This document shows, in pieces, positions 19,484 through 28,552 of a stretch of 64,000 bases of DNA. The DNA is from an uncultured Actinomycetota bacterium (lineage in GTDB: Bacteria; Actinomycetota; Actinomycetes; Propionibacteriales; Nocardioidaceae). Within the stretch, counting starts at the first letter, position 1. Each line of letters starts with the position of its first letter. Position numbers and translations under genes: made by a program. Under the pieces are notes generated by a model that saw only the letters and a program-made list of their open reading frames with translations, did not search any database and had not been told where the DNA came from. Location of the stretch: assembly GCA_963826415.1 (NCBI GenBank), contig CAWGWW010000011.1:88691-152690 (forward strand). Direction: 5' to 3'.

Positions 19484-20770
19484 GTGCGCGTGCTGAAGAG
19501 TCCCGTACTGCAGTTCCTCCTCGCCGGTCTGTTGGTGCTGGTGGTGGTCGTGCTGGCCACCGGCCGCCTGATCGACCGGGCGGCAACCGAGGAGGCGATC
19601 AGTGACGCCAAGGCGACCACCGAGCTGCTCGCCAGGTCCGTGGTCGAGCCGGCGTTGCCCCGCGGCATCGCCAGCGGTGACCAGGGCGCCATCGACCGGT
19701 TCGACCGCACGGTGCTCTCCCGGCTGCTCATCGAAGACGTGCAGCGGATCAAGCTCTGGGCCGGAGACGGCACGGTCGTCTACTCCGACACCACGGCGCT
19801 GATCGGTGAGAAGTTCGACCTCGGCGACGAGGCGCTCCGGGTCCTGCAGACCGGCGTCCCGGAAGCCGAGGAGTCCGACCTGACGAAGCCGGAGAACCGC
19901 TTCGAGGGCGGCTCCACCCGGGGCCTGCTCGAGGTCTACACCCGGGTCACCTCGCCGGAGGGCGAGCCACTCCTGTTCGAGGTCTACTACTCCGCGGCGG
20001 ACGTGGAGGCGCGGCGGGCGCAGGTGCTCGAGAAGTTCCAGCCGATCACCGTCGGCGGACTGCTGGCCCTGCTGGCGATCACCACCCCGATGGTCTGGGT
20101 GCTCACCCGTCGGGTCCGCAGGGCCTCCGCCGAGAGGGAGCGACTCCTGCACGCAGCCGTCGCGGCCTCCGACGGGGAACGGCGACGGATCGCCCGGGAC
20201 CTGCACGACTCGGTGGTCCAGGACCTCGCCGGCACCGCCTTCGAGCTCTCCGCCTCGGCACAGCACGGGCGGGACGCGCAGCGGACCATGCTCGCCCAGG
20301 CGGACGTCGTACGCCGCTCGCTGCGGGCGCTGCGCTCCTTGATGGTGGAGATCCAGCCGCCGGACCTGGGCACCGTCGGACTGAAGGCTGCGCTGGACGA
20401 CCTGGTCGCGCCCGCCGCGGCCGCCGGTGTCGACGCGCAGGTCGCCGTGACCGGCATGGAGCACCTGCATGAGGACGACGTGGCCCTGGTGTGGCGGGTC
20501 GCGCAGGAAGCAGTACGCAACGCGTTGCGGCACTCAGGGGCGACCCAGCTCCGGGTGCTCGTCGCCGGACGACGTGAAGGGGTGCGACTCGAGGTGATCG
20601 ACGACGGGATCGGGTTCGACCGGAAGCAGCGGGTGGACCGCACCCACTTCGGCCTGGAGGGCATGGCCGGGCTGGTCGACGATGCGGGCGGTCGGCTCGA
20701 GGTCGACTCGGCGCCGGGGGAGGGCACGACCGTCCGGATGGACCTCGTCGCCTCGGGAGGCCGGCGATGA
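19484..20770 (+). CDS. Sensor histidine kinase (HisKA_3)
   Basis: ERRRIARDLHD, QEAVRNALRH, DDGIGF; two TM segments. Confidence 0.9.
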   Translation: MRVLKSPVLQFLLAGLLVLVVVVLATGRLIDRAATEEAISDAKATTELLARSVVEPALPRGIASGDQGAIDRFDRTVLSRLLIEDVQRIKLWAGDGTVVYSDTTALIGEKFDLGDEALRVLQTGVPEAEESDLTKPENRFEGGSTRGLLEVYTRVTSPEGEPLLFEVYYSAADVEARRAQVLEKFQPITVGGLLALLAITTPMVWVLTRRVRRASAERERLLHAAVAASDGERRRIARDLHDSVVQDLAGTAFELSASAQHGRDAQRTMLAQADVVRRSLRALRSLMVEIQPPDLGTVGLKAALDDLVAPAAAAGVDAQVAVTGMEHLHEDDVALVWRVAQEAVRNALRHSGATQLRVLVAGRREGVRLEVIDDGIGFDRKQRVDRTHFGLEGMAGLVDDAGGRLEVDSAPGEGTTVRMDLVASGGRR

Positions 20771-21387
20771 TCCGGGTGGTGATCGCCGACGACCACGGGG
20801 TGATCCGCGACGGCCTCCGGCACCTGCTGGAGGAGGCTCCCGACATCGAGGTGGTCGGCTCGGCAGCCGACGGCGCGGAGGCGTTGTCGCTGGCGAAGTC
20901 GCTGAGTCCGGACGTGGTGCTCATGGACCTGCAGATGCCGGTGATGGACGGCGTGGAGGCGACCCGCCGGATCCTTGCGGACGTGCCCGGGACCGACGTG
21001 CTCGTGCTGACGTCGTTCTCCGACGGAGAGCGGATCATCGAGGCCCTCGACGCCGGGGCGATGGGCTACCTGCTCAAGGACGCCGAGCCCGAGGTGGTGC
21101 TCGAGGGGGTCCGTGCCGTCCAGCGCGGTGACTCACCCCTGCACCCCCGCGCCGCGCGAGAGCTGCTGACGGCGCGGTCCGGAGCGCGTCCCGAGGCGCC
21201 GCAGCTCAGTGCCCGCGAGACCGAGGTGCTGCGGCTGGTGGCGCTCGGGCTCGCCAACAAGCAGATCGGTCGCCGGCTGGGGATCTCCGAGCGGACCGTG
21301 AAAGCGCACCTGACCTCGGTCTTCCAGCGGCTCGACGTGAGTGATCGGACCCAGGCCGCGTTGTGGGCCCAACGGCACGGGATCTGA
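20767..21387 (+). CDS. NarL/LuxR-family response regulator
   Basis: IADDH, LMDLQMP and HTH LSARETEVL..NKQIG..TVKAH. Confidence 0.93.
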   Translation: MIRVVIADDHGVIRDGLRHLLEEAPDIEVVGSAADGAEALSLAKSLSPDVVLMDLQMPVMDGVEATRRILADVPGTDVLVLTSFSDGERIIEALDAGAMGYLLKDAEPEVVLEGVRAVQRGDSPLHPRAARELLTARSGARPEAPQLSARETEVLRLVALGLANKQIGRRLGISERTVKAHLTSVFQRLDVSDRTQAALWAQRHGI

Positions 21388-21490
21388 GCGTCGGTCGCGG
21401 CTGAATCGTCGGCCCGAGCACAGATCGCTCAAGGCGCCTATACTCCGGATGTCAGGACTGTGCAAGGTCCACGCCTCTAGAGTGGGTGGG

Positions 21491-22210
21491 GTGAGCGACA
21501 TGTTGGTCTCGGAAGGGCGAGCACTCAAGCACGTCCAGGTCCGCGAATACGTCCGGTCCCTGGTGGCCGGCCTCGCTCCCGGCGCGCCCGCTCCTTCCGA
21601 GCGTGAGCTCGTGCACCGCTTCGGCGTGGCCCGGATGACCGTGCGCCAGGCGATGGACGCCCTGGTCGTCGAGGGACTGCTGGAGCGGATCCCGGGACGC
21701 GGCACCTTCGTGGCGCAGCCGCGGCGGACCTCCAGTGGGCTGTCCAGCTTCACCCAGGAGATGAAGCGCCGCGGGCTGACCCCCGAGTCGCAGACGCTCC
21801 TGGCCCGTCGTGAGCAGGCCGGCCCGGGTGTGGCACGTGCGCTGAGCATCAGCGAGGGCGACGCGGTGATCCACTGGCGCCGGCTCCGCCGTGCGGAGTC
21901 CAGGCCGATGTGCATCGAGGACGCCTACCTCAACGAGGTGCTGATCCCGGGCTTCCTGCAGGGCGGGATGCCGGTCAGCCTGTACGAGGAGTTCGACCGG
22001 CGTGGGCTGCTGCCGACGTGGGCCGAGGACTCCATCACCTCCGACGCCGCGAGCGACGAGGAGGCCAAGCTGCTCGAGGTCGAGCCCGGCACCGCGGTGC
22101 TGCGGCACTCACGCCGTGCCCTGTGCGACGACAAGGTCGTCGAGGTGTCCCGTTCGGTCTACCGCTCCGACCGGTTCACCCTGTGGGTCCAGCTGGGGAA
22201 CGAGGGCTGA
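21491..22210 (+). CDS. GntR (HutC/UTRA) transcriptional regulator
   Basis: PSERELV..VARMTVRQA..GRGTFV plus UTRA domain. Confidence 0.9.
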   Translation: MSDMLVSEGRALKHVQVREYVRSLVAGLAPGAPAPSERELVHRFGVARMTVRQAMDALVVEGLLERIPGRGTFVAQPRRTSSGLSSFTQEMKRRGLTPESQTLLARREQAGPGVARALSISEGDAVIHWRRLRRAESRPMCIEDAYLNEVLIPGFLQGGMPVSLYEEFDRRGLLPTWAEDSITSDAASDEEAKLLEVEPGTAVLRHSRRALCDDKVVEVSRSVYRSDRFTLWVQLGNEG

Positions 22211-22547
22211 GACAGCCCAGGGCCGCCACCGGCTGCCCGCTCTCCTCGCAGACCCACATCGGGTCCGGGCCGCCGAGGTCGGGGTGGATGTGCAGCGCGT
22301 GCACCGGGCCGTCCTGGCAGGTCAGGCAGATCGGCCACCGGCCGACGCTCTCGAAGAGTGCGTCCTGCACGTCCTGGGCGACGAGCCCGGCCACGTAGAT
22401 CTCGCCCTCGGGCCACTGCTCGGCCCACCACTTGCGGTCCGAGACGGCCTCCTCCAGGGCGGAGACGGCCACCGGGGTCGCGTGGCGCCTGGCTTGCAGG
22501 TCCGCCAGCACCCGAGCGCGAGCGTCGTACAGCAGTGCCTCGTCCAC
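22176..22547 (-). CDS. Hypothetical protein with CxxC/His motif
   Basis: VAQDVQDAL..WPICLTC..HAL..WVC; GC3-rich frame. Confidence 0.6.
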   Translation of the reverse strand: MDEALLYDARARVLADLQARRHATPVAVSALEEAVSDRKWWAEQWPEGEIYVAGLVAQDVQDALFESVGRWPICLTCQDGPVHALHIHPDLGGPDPMWVCEESGQPVAALGCLSPRSPAGPTG

Positions 22548-22647
22548 GGCCCCATTGTGCCCGCGCGGCAAGCGGCTGCCCAGATCGCCGTCGGCGGCGC
22601 GCGCCGGTGCCCCCGATCCGGGCGCCGGAGGACCTAGAGTCGGCACC

Positions 22648-23388
22648 ATGGGCGACCCGATCCTCGAGGTGACCGTGCTGTCGCCGCGCGATGTCGCAGG
22701 GGCAGTGGGCGGTGGCGCCGACCGGCTCCACCTCGTCGCGGACGGTGCCGGTGCGGAGCCGGGCTCCGGGGATGCGTCACCGGAGCCGTCGGTGGTCTCG
22801 GCGGTCGCTCGGGAGAGCGACCTGCCCGTCTTCACGCTGCTCCGGCTCAACGACTCCTGGACCACCACGGGCGGTGAGCTGACCAGGCTCGTGGGCCTGG
22901 CCGAGGACTACCTGAGCTGCGGCGCGGCAGGGGTCTCGTTCGGGTTCCTCGACGCGAACCTGGAGATCGACGTCGAAGTCTGCACCCACCTGGCCAGTCA
23001 TCTGCCGGGCGTCCCCTGGACGTTCCATCGGGCCGTCGACGCGACGCTGGAGCCGCGACGGGCCTGGCGGTCCCTGGTCGACCTGCCGGGGCTGGTGGCG
23101 GTCCGGTCGGCCGGCTCCCCACAGGGTCTGGCCGTCGGCTACGAGGAGCTGCTGGACACGGCCGGATCCGACCCCCGGATCGCCGCGCTGCTGATGCCCG
23201 GCGGAGGCCTGGTGGCCGAGCAGGTGCCGTGGTTCGCGCGGGCGGGGGTGACCCAGTTCCACCTGGAGACCCAGGCGCGTCCCGGGGCGTCGTACAAGTC
23301 CTATGTGGACGCCGGGCACGTCCGCTCCTGGCGGCTGCTGCTCGACAGCTCCGCCGGCAGGTCGCTCGGCTCCGCCGACGTCGGATGA
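22648..23388 (+). CDS. cutC: CutC family protein
   Basis: GGADRLHL, TFHRAVD, MPGGGL. Confidence 0.75.
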   Translation: MGDPILEVTVLSPRDVAGAVGGGADRLHLVADGAGAEPGSGDASPEPSVVSAVARESDLPVFTLLRLNDSWTTTGGELTRLVGLAEDYLSCGAAGVSFGFLDANLEIDVEVCTHLASHLPGVPWTFHRAVDATLEPRRAWRSLVDLPGLVAVRSAGSPQGLAVGYEELLDTAGSDPRIAALLMPGGGLVAEQVPWFARAGVTQFHLETQARPGASYKSYVDAGHVRSWRLLLDSSAGRSLGSADVG

Positions 23389-23666
23389 CGATCCTGATCG
23401 ACCCGCCCGACGTCTCCGGCCACGGCCGGATGTGGTCGCACCTGGCGAGCGACACGTCGTACGACGAGCTCCACGCGTTCGCGCGGCTGCTGGGGATCCC
23501 GGAGCGCGGCTTCGACCGCGACCACTACGACGTACCGGCCGAGTGGTACGACCAGGTCATCGCCGCCGGTGCCGAGCCGGTCACCTCGCGCGAGCTGGTC
23601 CGCCGGCTGCTCGCCGCGGGACTCCGCCGCCGCAAGAACGCCCCACCCCCCGCCGACCGGGCGTGA
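23385..23666 (+). CDS. DUF4031 protein
   Basis: WSHLASD..ELHAFA..FDRDHYDV. Confidence 0.82.
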   Translation: MTILIDPPDVSGHGRMWSHLASDTSYDELHAFARLLGIPERGFDRDHYDVPAEWYDQVIAAGAEPVTSRELVRRLLAAGLRRRKNAPPPADRA

Positions 23667-23709
23667 AGCCCCGTCCCTCGACCGCGATGGTGGGTGGCAC
23701 GATGACCGC

Positions 23710-24891
23710 ATGGCTGACGCGCAGACCCCGGACCGTGACTTCGACATCGTGCTCTTCGGAGCGACTGGGTTCACCGGTCAGCTGACCGCGGACTACCTCG
23801 CCCGCAACGCACCCACGGGCCTGCGCTGGGCGCTGGCCGGGCGGAACCCGGAGAAGCTGGAGCGGGTACGCCGCAACCTCGCCGACGTCGACGAGAGGCT
23901 CGCCGACCTGGCGCTGCTCACCGCGGACGTGGACGACCCCGCCTCGCTGGCCGCCGTGGCGAGCCGGGCCCGCGTGGTGATCACCACGGTCGGGCCCTAC
24001 CTGACCTTCGGCGAACCCCTGGTCGCCGCCTGTGCCGAGGCCGGCACCGACTACGTCGACCTCACGGGTGAGCCGGAGTTCGTCGACCGGATGTACGTCG
24101 CGCACCATGCCACCGCCGAACGCACCGGCGCCCGGATCGTCCACGCCTGTGGCTTCGACTCGATCCCGCACGACCTCGGCGCGCTGTTCACCGTCCAGCA
24201 GCTGGCCGCCGACGGGCCGGTCACGATGCGCGGTGTCGTGCGGGCGAGCGGGATGTTCTCCGGAGGCACCTTCCACTCGGCGATGACCGCCATGTCGCGG
24301 GTCAAGGAGATGAAGGGGGTCTCGAAGGCGCGGCGCCGGGCAGAGCCGCGCCCCGAAGGCCGGACGTCCCGCGCGGTCGCCGGCAAGCCGCACCGCGATG
24401 AGGCGCTCGGGCTGTGGCTGCTCCCGATGCCGACGATCGACCCGGCGATCGTCGCGCGCAGCGGCGCCGCGGTGGCGTCGTACGGGCCGGAGTTCCGCTA
24501 CTCCCACTACGCCGGCACCAAGACCCTGCGGTACGCCGCCGGCGGCTCGGCCGCAGTCGGCCTGCTCGCCGCGGCGGCCCAGGTGAAGCCGGTGCGCAAC
24601 CTGCTGCTCGGCCGGATCAAGCAGGGAGACGGGCCGGATGCGAGCCGGCGGGAGAAGTCGTGGTTCAGCGTGGACTTCGTCGCCGAGGGCGACGGCCGGA
24701 CCCTGCACACCAAGGTCTCCGGCGGCGACCCCGGCTACGACGAGACCGCGAAGATGCTCGCCGAGTCCGCGCTCAGCCTGGCCTTCGACGACAACCCGCC
24801 CACGGCCGGCCAGGTGACGCCGGCCCAGGCGATGGGCGACCACCTGATCGCCCGCCTCCAGGCGGCCGGCATCACCTTCACCGTCGTCTGA
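23710..24891 (+). CDS. Saccharopine dehydrogenase-like / trans-acting enoyl reductase
   Basis: GATGFTG, TVGPY, YVDLTGE, CGFDSIPHD, GDPGY. Confidence 0.88.
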   Translation: MADAQTPDRDFDIVLFGATGFTGQLTADYLARNAPTGLRWALAGRNPEKLERVRRNLADVDERLADLALLTADVDDPASLAAVASRARVVITTVGPYLTFGEPLVAACAEAGTDYVDLTGEPEFVDRMYVAHHATAERTGARIVHACGFDSIPHDLGALFTVQQLAADGPVTMRGVVRASGMFSGGTFHSAMTAMSRVKEMKGVSKARRRAEPRPEGRTSRAVAGKPHRDEALGLWLLPMPTIDPAIVARSGAAVASYGPEFRYSHYAGTKTLRYAAGGSAAVGLLAAAAQVKPVRNLLLGRIKQGDGPDASRREKSWFSVDFVAEGDGRTLHTKVSGGDPGYDETAKMLAESALSLAFDDNPPTAGQVTPAQAMGDHLIARLQAAGITFTVV

Positions 24892-24908
24892 GACCCGCCG
24901 CGACGAGC

Positions 24909-25913
24909 TCAGTCGTCGTGGCCGCCGTGCCCACCGTGCCCGCCGTGGCCACCGTGGCGGTGCTCCTGCGCGATCGGCACCCGGGTCACCCAGTACGGCG
25001 CGGGCGCCGGGTCGGTGTTCCCGAAGCGGGCGTTCGGCAGGTAGAGCGAGTCACCCGACCGGGCGATCGTCGTGGGGACGTCGAAGCTGGGGGCCGTGAA
25101 GGTGTACATCAGCCGGCCCGAGCGCCCGTCGTGCGCCAACCCGACGACCGCGACCTGGTTGAGCTGGTTCTGCACGACGTAGAGCGTGCGCCCTTCGCGC
25201 AGCAGGCCGTCGCCGTTGGTGAGTGCGACGCCTTCGAGGTCGACGACCGTCGCGTCCCCGCTGTGCGGGTCGACCCGGAAGAGGCCGCCGGACGAGCTGT
25301 TGATCACGAGCAGCGCGCGCTTGTCGGGCGTGGTGGTGATGCCGTTGGCGTTGAAGGTGTCCTGCTCCTGCATCCAGGCACCGCCCAGCGGCAGCGTCTC
25401 GACCGCGCCCATGCTCCGACGCTTGCCATGACGGTCCCACGACACCTTGATCAGGTGGTCGTTGAACGAGTCGGTGAACCAGGCCGCGCCGCGGGTCAGG
25501 ATCACGTCGTTGATGAAGCTCGGCCCGTCGACCAGCTCGAGACTCTCGAGCAGCTTGCCGCTGCGGCCGTCGATCACGCGGGCGTCGCCCGCGGGCCCTC
25601 CAGCGACGAAGAGCCGGCCGCGGCGGTCGATCTCCATCCCCACCGACGGCGTGCCGGGGCCCTCGCTGATCACCGATCCCTTGCCGGTCTTGAGGTTCAC
25701 CCGATAGATGTCACCGTCCGCCAACGATCCGAACCAGCCATAGCGGCCGCTGGTGGCGATCCCCTCGGGCGCGAAGCCGTCAGGCAGGTCGATCGTGGTG
25801 CCGGGGAGATGGTCGCTGCTGCGGACGGTCGACGTGGCTGTCGCGCCGGTCAGACCGAACCCGAGGGCGATGGCCAGGCCGGCAAGCACGACGGAGGGAG
25901 GGTGGATGCGCAT
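24909..25913 (-). CDS. Secreted SMP-30/gluconolactonase-like beta-propeller with His-rich tail
   Basis: Signal peptide, PEGI, FINDV, NANGI, NGDGL; ends HRHGGHGGHGGHDD. Confidence 0.72.
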   Translation of the reverse strand: MRIHPPSVVLAGLAIALGFGLTGATATSTVRSSDHLPGTTIDLPDGFAPEGIATSGRYGWFGSLADGDIYRVNLKTGKGSVISEGPGTPSVGMEIDRRGRLFVAGGPAGDARVIDGRSGKLLESLELVDGPSFINDVILTRGAAWFTDSFNDHLIKVSWDRHGKRRSMGAVETLPLGGAWMQEQDTFNANGITTTPDKRALLVINSSSGGLFRVDPHSGDATVVDLEGVALTNGDGLLREGRTLYVVQNQLNQVAVVGLAHDGRSGRLMYTFTAPSFDVPTTIARSGDSLYLPNARFGNTDPAPAPYWVTRVPIAQEHRHGGHGGHGGHGGHDD

Positions 25914-26031
25914 CAGGACTCCTGAGAAACGGGCGCCACCTGCCCCGGACGCCGGATGAACGGGGACGGTCCATCCTGCCGTCCCGGAGTTGCGGAAAGG
26001 TTGCGGCCGGCATCCTCGAACGACTTTAGGG

Positions 26032-26107
26032 TGGTGCCCCAGGCAGGAGTCGAACCTGCGACCTTTCGCTTAGGAGGCGGCTGCTCTATCCGCTGAGCTA
26101 CTGGGGC
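26032..26107 (-). tRNA. tRNA-Arg(CCT)
   Basis: 76-nt cloverleaf GCCCCAG..CTGGGGC-A-CCA, anticodon loop CTCCTAA, T-loop TTCGACT. Confidence 0.92.
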
Positions 26108-26306
26108 GTGACGAGGAACGTCGGCGCACATCGTGCCACCTGCAGGGGGTCCGCCGCCCGTCGGCACGGCCGAGCCGGCTCGCCGCGTGCGTACCAGGGT
26201 CTGGCGGAGATCCGGCATTCGATCCGACGCCATAGTCCGTTCGGGCCATACACGAGTGTTTCTTCGCCCGCTGTCGGAGCGCCTCCTTGACTGGCCCAAT
26301 GAGGAC

Positions 26307-27683
26307 ATGATGTTTGGCCCCTCCCGCCACACGCGTCACCCACTGTCCCTGCGCGCCCCCTTGGTCGCCCTCCTCGGGCTCGCCCTGCCGTTGAGCCTCG
26401 TCGTGGTCACCAGCGATTACGCGGCGACAGTGACCGGGCCGCCGAAAGCCGGCCACGCCGCCCAGAAGTCGGCCCAGAAGCCCGCCCAGAAGTCGGCCGC
26501 GCCGTCGTCACAGCGCCCGGAGACGAAGCCCGGTGCGCCAGCGCCCGCGTCAGCCGCGTCCGCGCCGGAGTCGGCCGGCATCCTCACGCTCGACTGGGGT
26601 GACATCGACTCGACCCCCACGGCCTACCAGGGCAACTACGTCGTGATGCAGCCCTGGGAGTACGACCGGATCCCCGCCATGAAGAAGGCGAACCCGGACG
26701 TCAAGATCCTGATGTACAAGGATGTCTCGGCCACCCGCAAGAAGTCCTGCGTCGAGGACCGGCAGGGCAACTGCACCGGCCGCGACCACGAGATCCTGCC
26801 CGCCGGCGTCGGCTACTGGTGGGCCGCCAAACACCGGCCGCGGTGGTTCCTGCGTGACGCGCAGGGCCAGAAGCTCGAGTGGTCGGACTGGCCGGGGCTG
26901 TACCCGATGAACGTCGGCAACGCCCGCTACCAGCGCCGGTGGACGCGCAACGTGCTCTCCGAGCTGCGCGCCCACGACTGGGACGGCGTGATGATGGACG
27001 ACGTCCTCACCTTCCTGAGCCACGACGTCTTCGGGGACAAGGTCTCCACCAAGATCCCGACCGACCGGGCGATGTACGCCGCGAGCGAGGAGTTCCTCGC
27101 CGAGTCCGCCACCGCGATCAAGGACGCCGGCTTCATGGCGGTGCCGAACGTCGCGTTCCAGTGGGACGACTGGAAGTCCGTCCTCGAGGACTGGACGCGG
27201 TACGTCAGCGGCTGGGAGAACGAGTACTTCGTGAAGTGGGGCCTCAGCGACGACAACGAGCGCTTCGCCGGCAACGACTGGGAGTGGAAGGTCCGGATGG
27301 CCGAATGGTGCGCCGACCGCGACGTCCCGCTGCTCGCCGTCACCTACAGCACCGTGGACGACCGGGCGGCCCAGCTCTACCACCGGGCCAGCTGGCTGCT
27401 GACCTGGAACGGGCGCACCGGCTCGAGCATCTTCGTGCCCGAGGAGGACTTCACCGACCACTGGCTCGCGGTGCCGACGATCGAGATCGGTACGCCGCTC
27501 GGTCCGCGCTACCGGGTCGACGACGGGGTCTACCGCCGCGACTTCACGGGCGGTTCGGTCCTGGTGAACCCGACGAGGTCGACGAGTCGCGCCAGCACGC
27601 CCGGTGGTTACCGCAACCTCCGGGGGCAGCGCGTCGACAGTGTCCGACTCGCACCTACCACGGCCACGATCCTGCGCCGCTGA
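26307..27683 (+). CDS. Secreted putative glycoside hydrolase (GHL15-like TIM barrel)
   Basis: Signal/TM region, Pro/Ala linker, WDGVMMDD, GWENEYF, GVYRRDFTGGSVLVNP. Confidence 0.62.
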   Translation: MMFGPSRHTRHPLSLRAPLVALLGLALPLSLVVVTSDYAATVTGPPKAGHAAQKSAQKPAQKSAAPSSQRPETKPGAPAPASAASAPESAGILTLDWGDIDSTPTAYQGNYVVMQPWEYDRIPAMKKANPDVKILMYKDVSATRKKSCVEDRQGNCTGRDHEILPAGVGYWWAAKHRPRWFLRDAQGQKLEWSDWPGLYPMNVGNARYQRRWTRNVLSELRAHDWDGVMMDDVLTFLSHDVFGDKVSTKIPTDRAMYAASEEFLAESATAIKDAGFMAVPNVAFQWDDWKSVLEDWTRYVSGWENEYFVKWGLSDDNERFAGNDWEWKVRMAEWCADRDVPLLAVTYSTVDDRAAQLYHRASWLLTWNGRTGSSIFVPEEDFTDHWLAVPTIEIGTPLGPRYRVDDGVYRRDFTGGSVLVNPTRSTSRASTPGGYRNLRGQRVDSVRLAPTTATILRR

Positions 27684-27843
27684 TTTCGCGAAAACGAGGA
27701 CGAGTCCGCTAGACCGCTGCACACTCGATGTGGCTGGAGGTAACGCAGGTCACTTCCGGTGACAGGAGTCAGTGACGGCACCCGCCGTTCACTCGTTCGG
27801 CCGCAGGCCCAGCTCGTCGGCCCGATCGTCTCAGGAGTCCATC

Positions 27844-28494
27844 GTGTCCATCCTCAAGACCACTGCGCACAAGATCTTCGCCGTGACGTCCGCCCTGGCC
27901 GTCGCCGGGCTGCTGACGCTCACCGTCCAGACCGCCGACGCCGCGGGTAGCCGCGACTCCGACGGCGACGGGATGCCGAACCGCTGGGAGATGTCCCACG
28001 GTCTCAACGCCCACAAGGCCAACGCCCGCGGCGACAAGGACCACGACGGGCTGCGCAACATCGCCGAGTTCAAGCGGCACACGGATCCGGCCGACGAGGA
28101 CACCGACGGTGACGGCCACGACGACGGCGACGAGGTCCACGACGGCATGGCGTCGACCAACGTCCACAACCCCGACACCGACGGTGACGGGATCCCGGAC
28201 GGCGACGAGGACGGCGACCACGACGGCATCGACAACGAGGACGCCGACGACGCTGATGAGAGCTGCCGCGCCGACGACGACGACAGCGACCACGACGGAG
28301 TCGCCGACGAGGACGAGAACGAGAACGGCACCGACGCCGATGACGCCGACTCCGACCACGACGGGGTCACCGACGGCAACGAGGACCACGACGACGACGG
28401 TGTCGACGACGAGGACGAGGACGACGACGAGAACGACGACTGTGACGACCAGGACGAGGACGACGACGATGACGCGGGCGAGGACCGGGTCTGA
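27844..28494 (+). CDS. Secreted Asp-rich protein with DxDxDG (TSP3-like Ca-binding) repeats
   Basis: Signal peptide, repeated DSDGDG/DTDGDG/DHDG; CAGGAG RBS. Confidence 0.78.
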   Translation: MSILKTTAHKIFAVTSALAVAGLLTLTVQTADAAGSRDSDGDGMPNRWEMSHGLNAHKANARGDKDHDGLRNIAEFKRHTDPADEDTDGDGHDDGDEVHDGMASTNVHNPDTDGDGIPDGDEDGDHDGIDNEDADDADESCRADDDDSDHDGVADEDENENGTDADDADSDHDGVTDGNEDHDDDGVDDEDEDDDENDDCDDQDEDDDDDAGEDRV

Positions 28495-28552
28495 CCCACG
28501 CCGCCACCTCTGACACCACGTCCGCCCGCCGGCTGCCCGGCGGGCGGACGTG

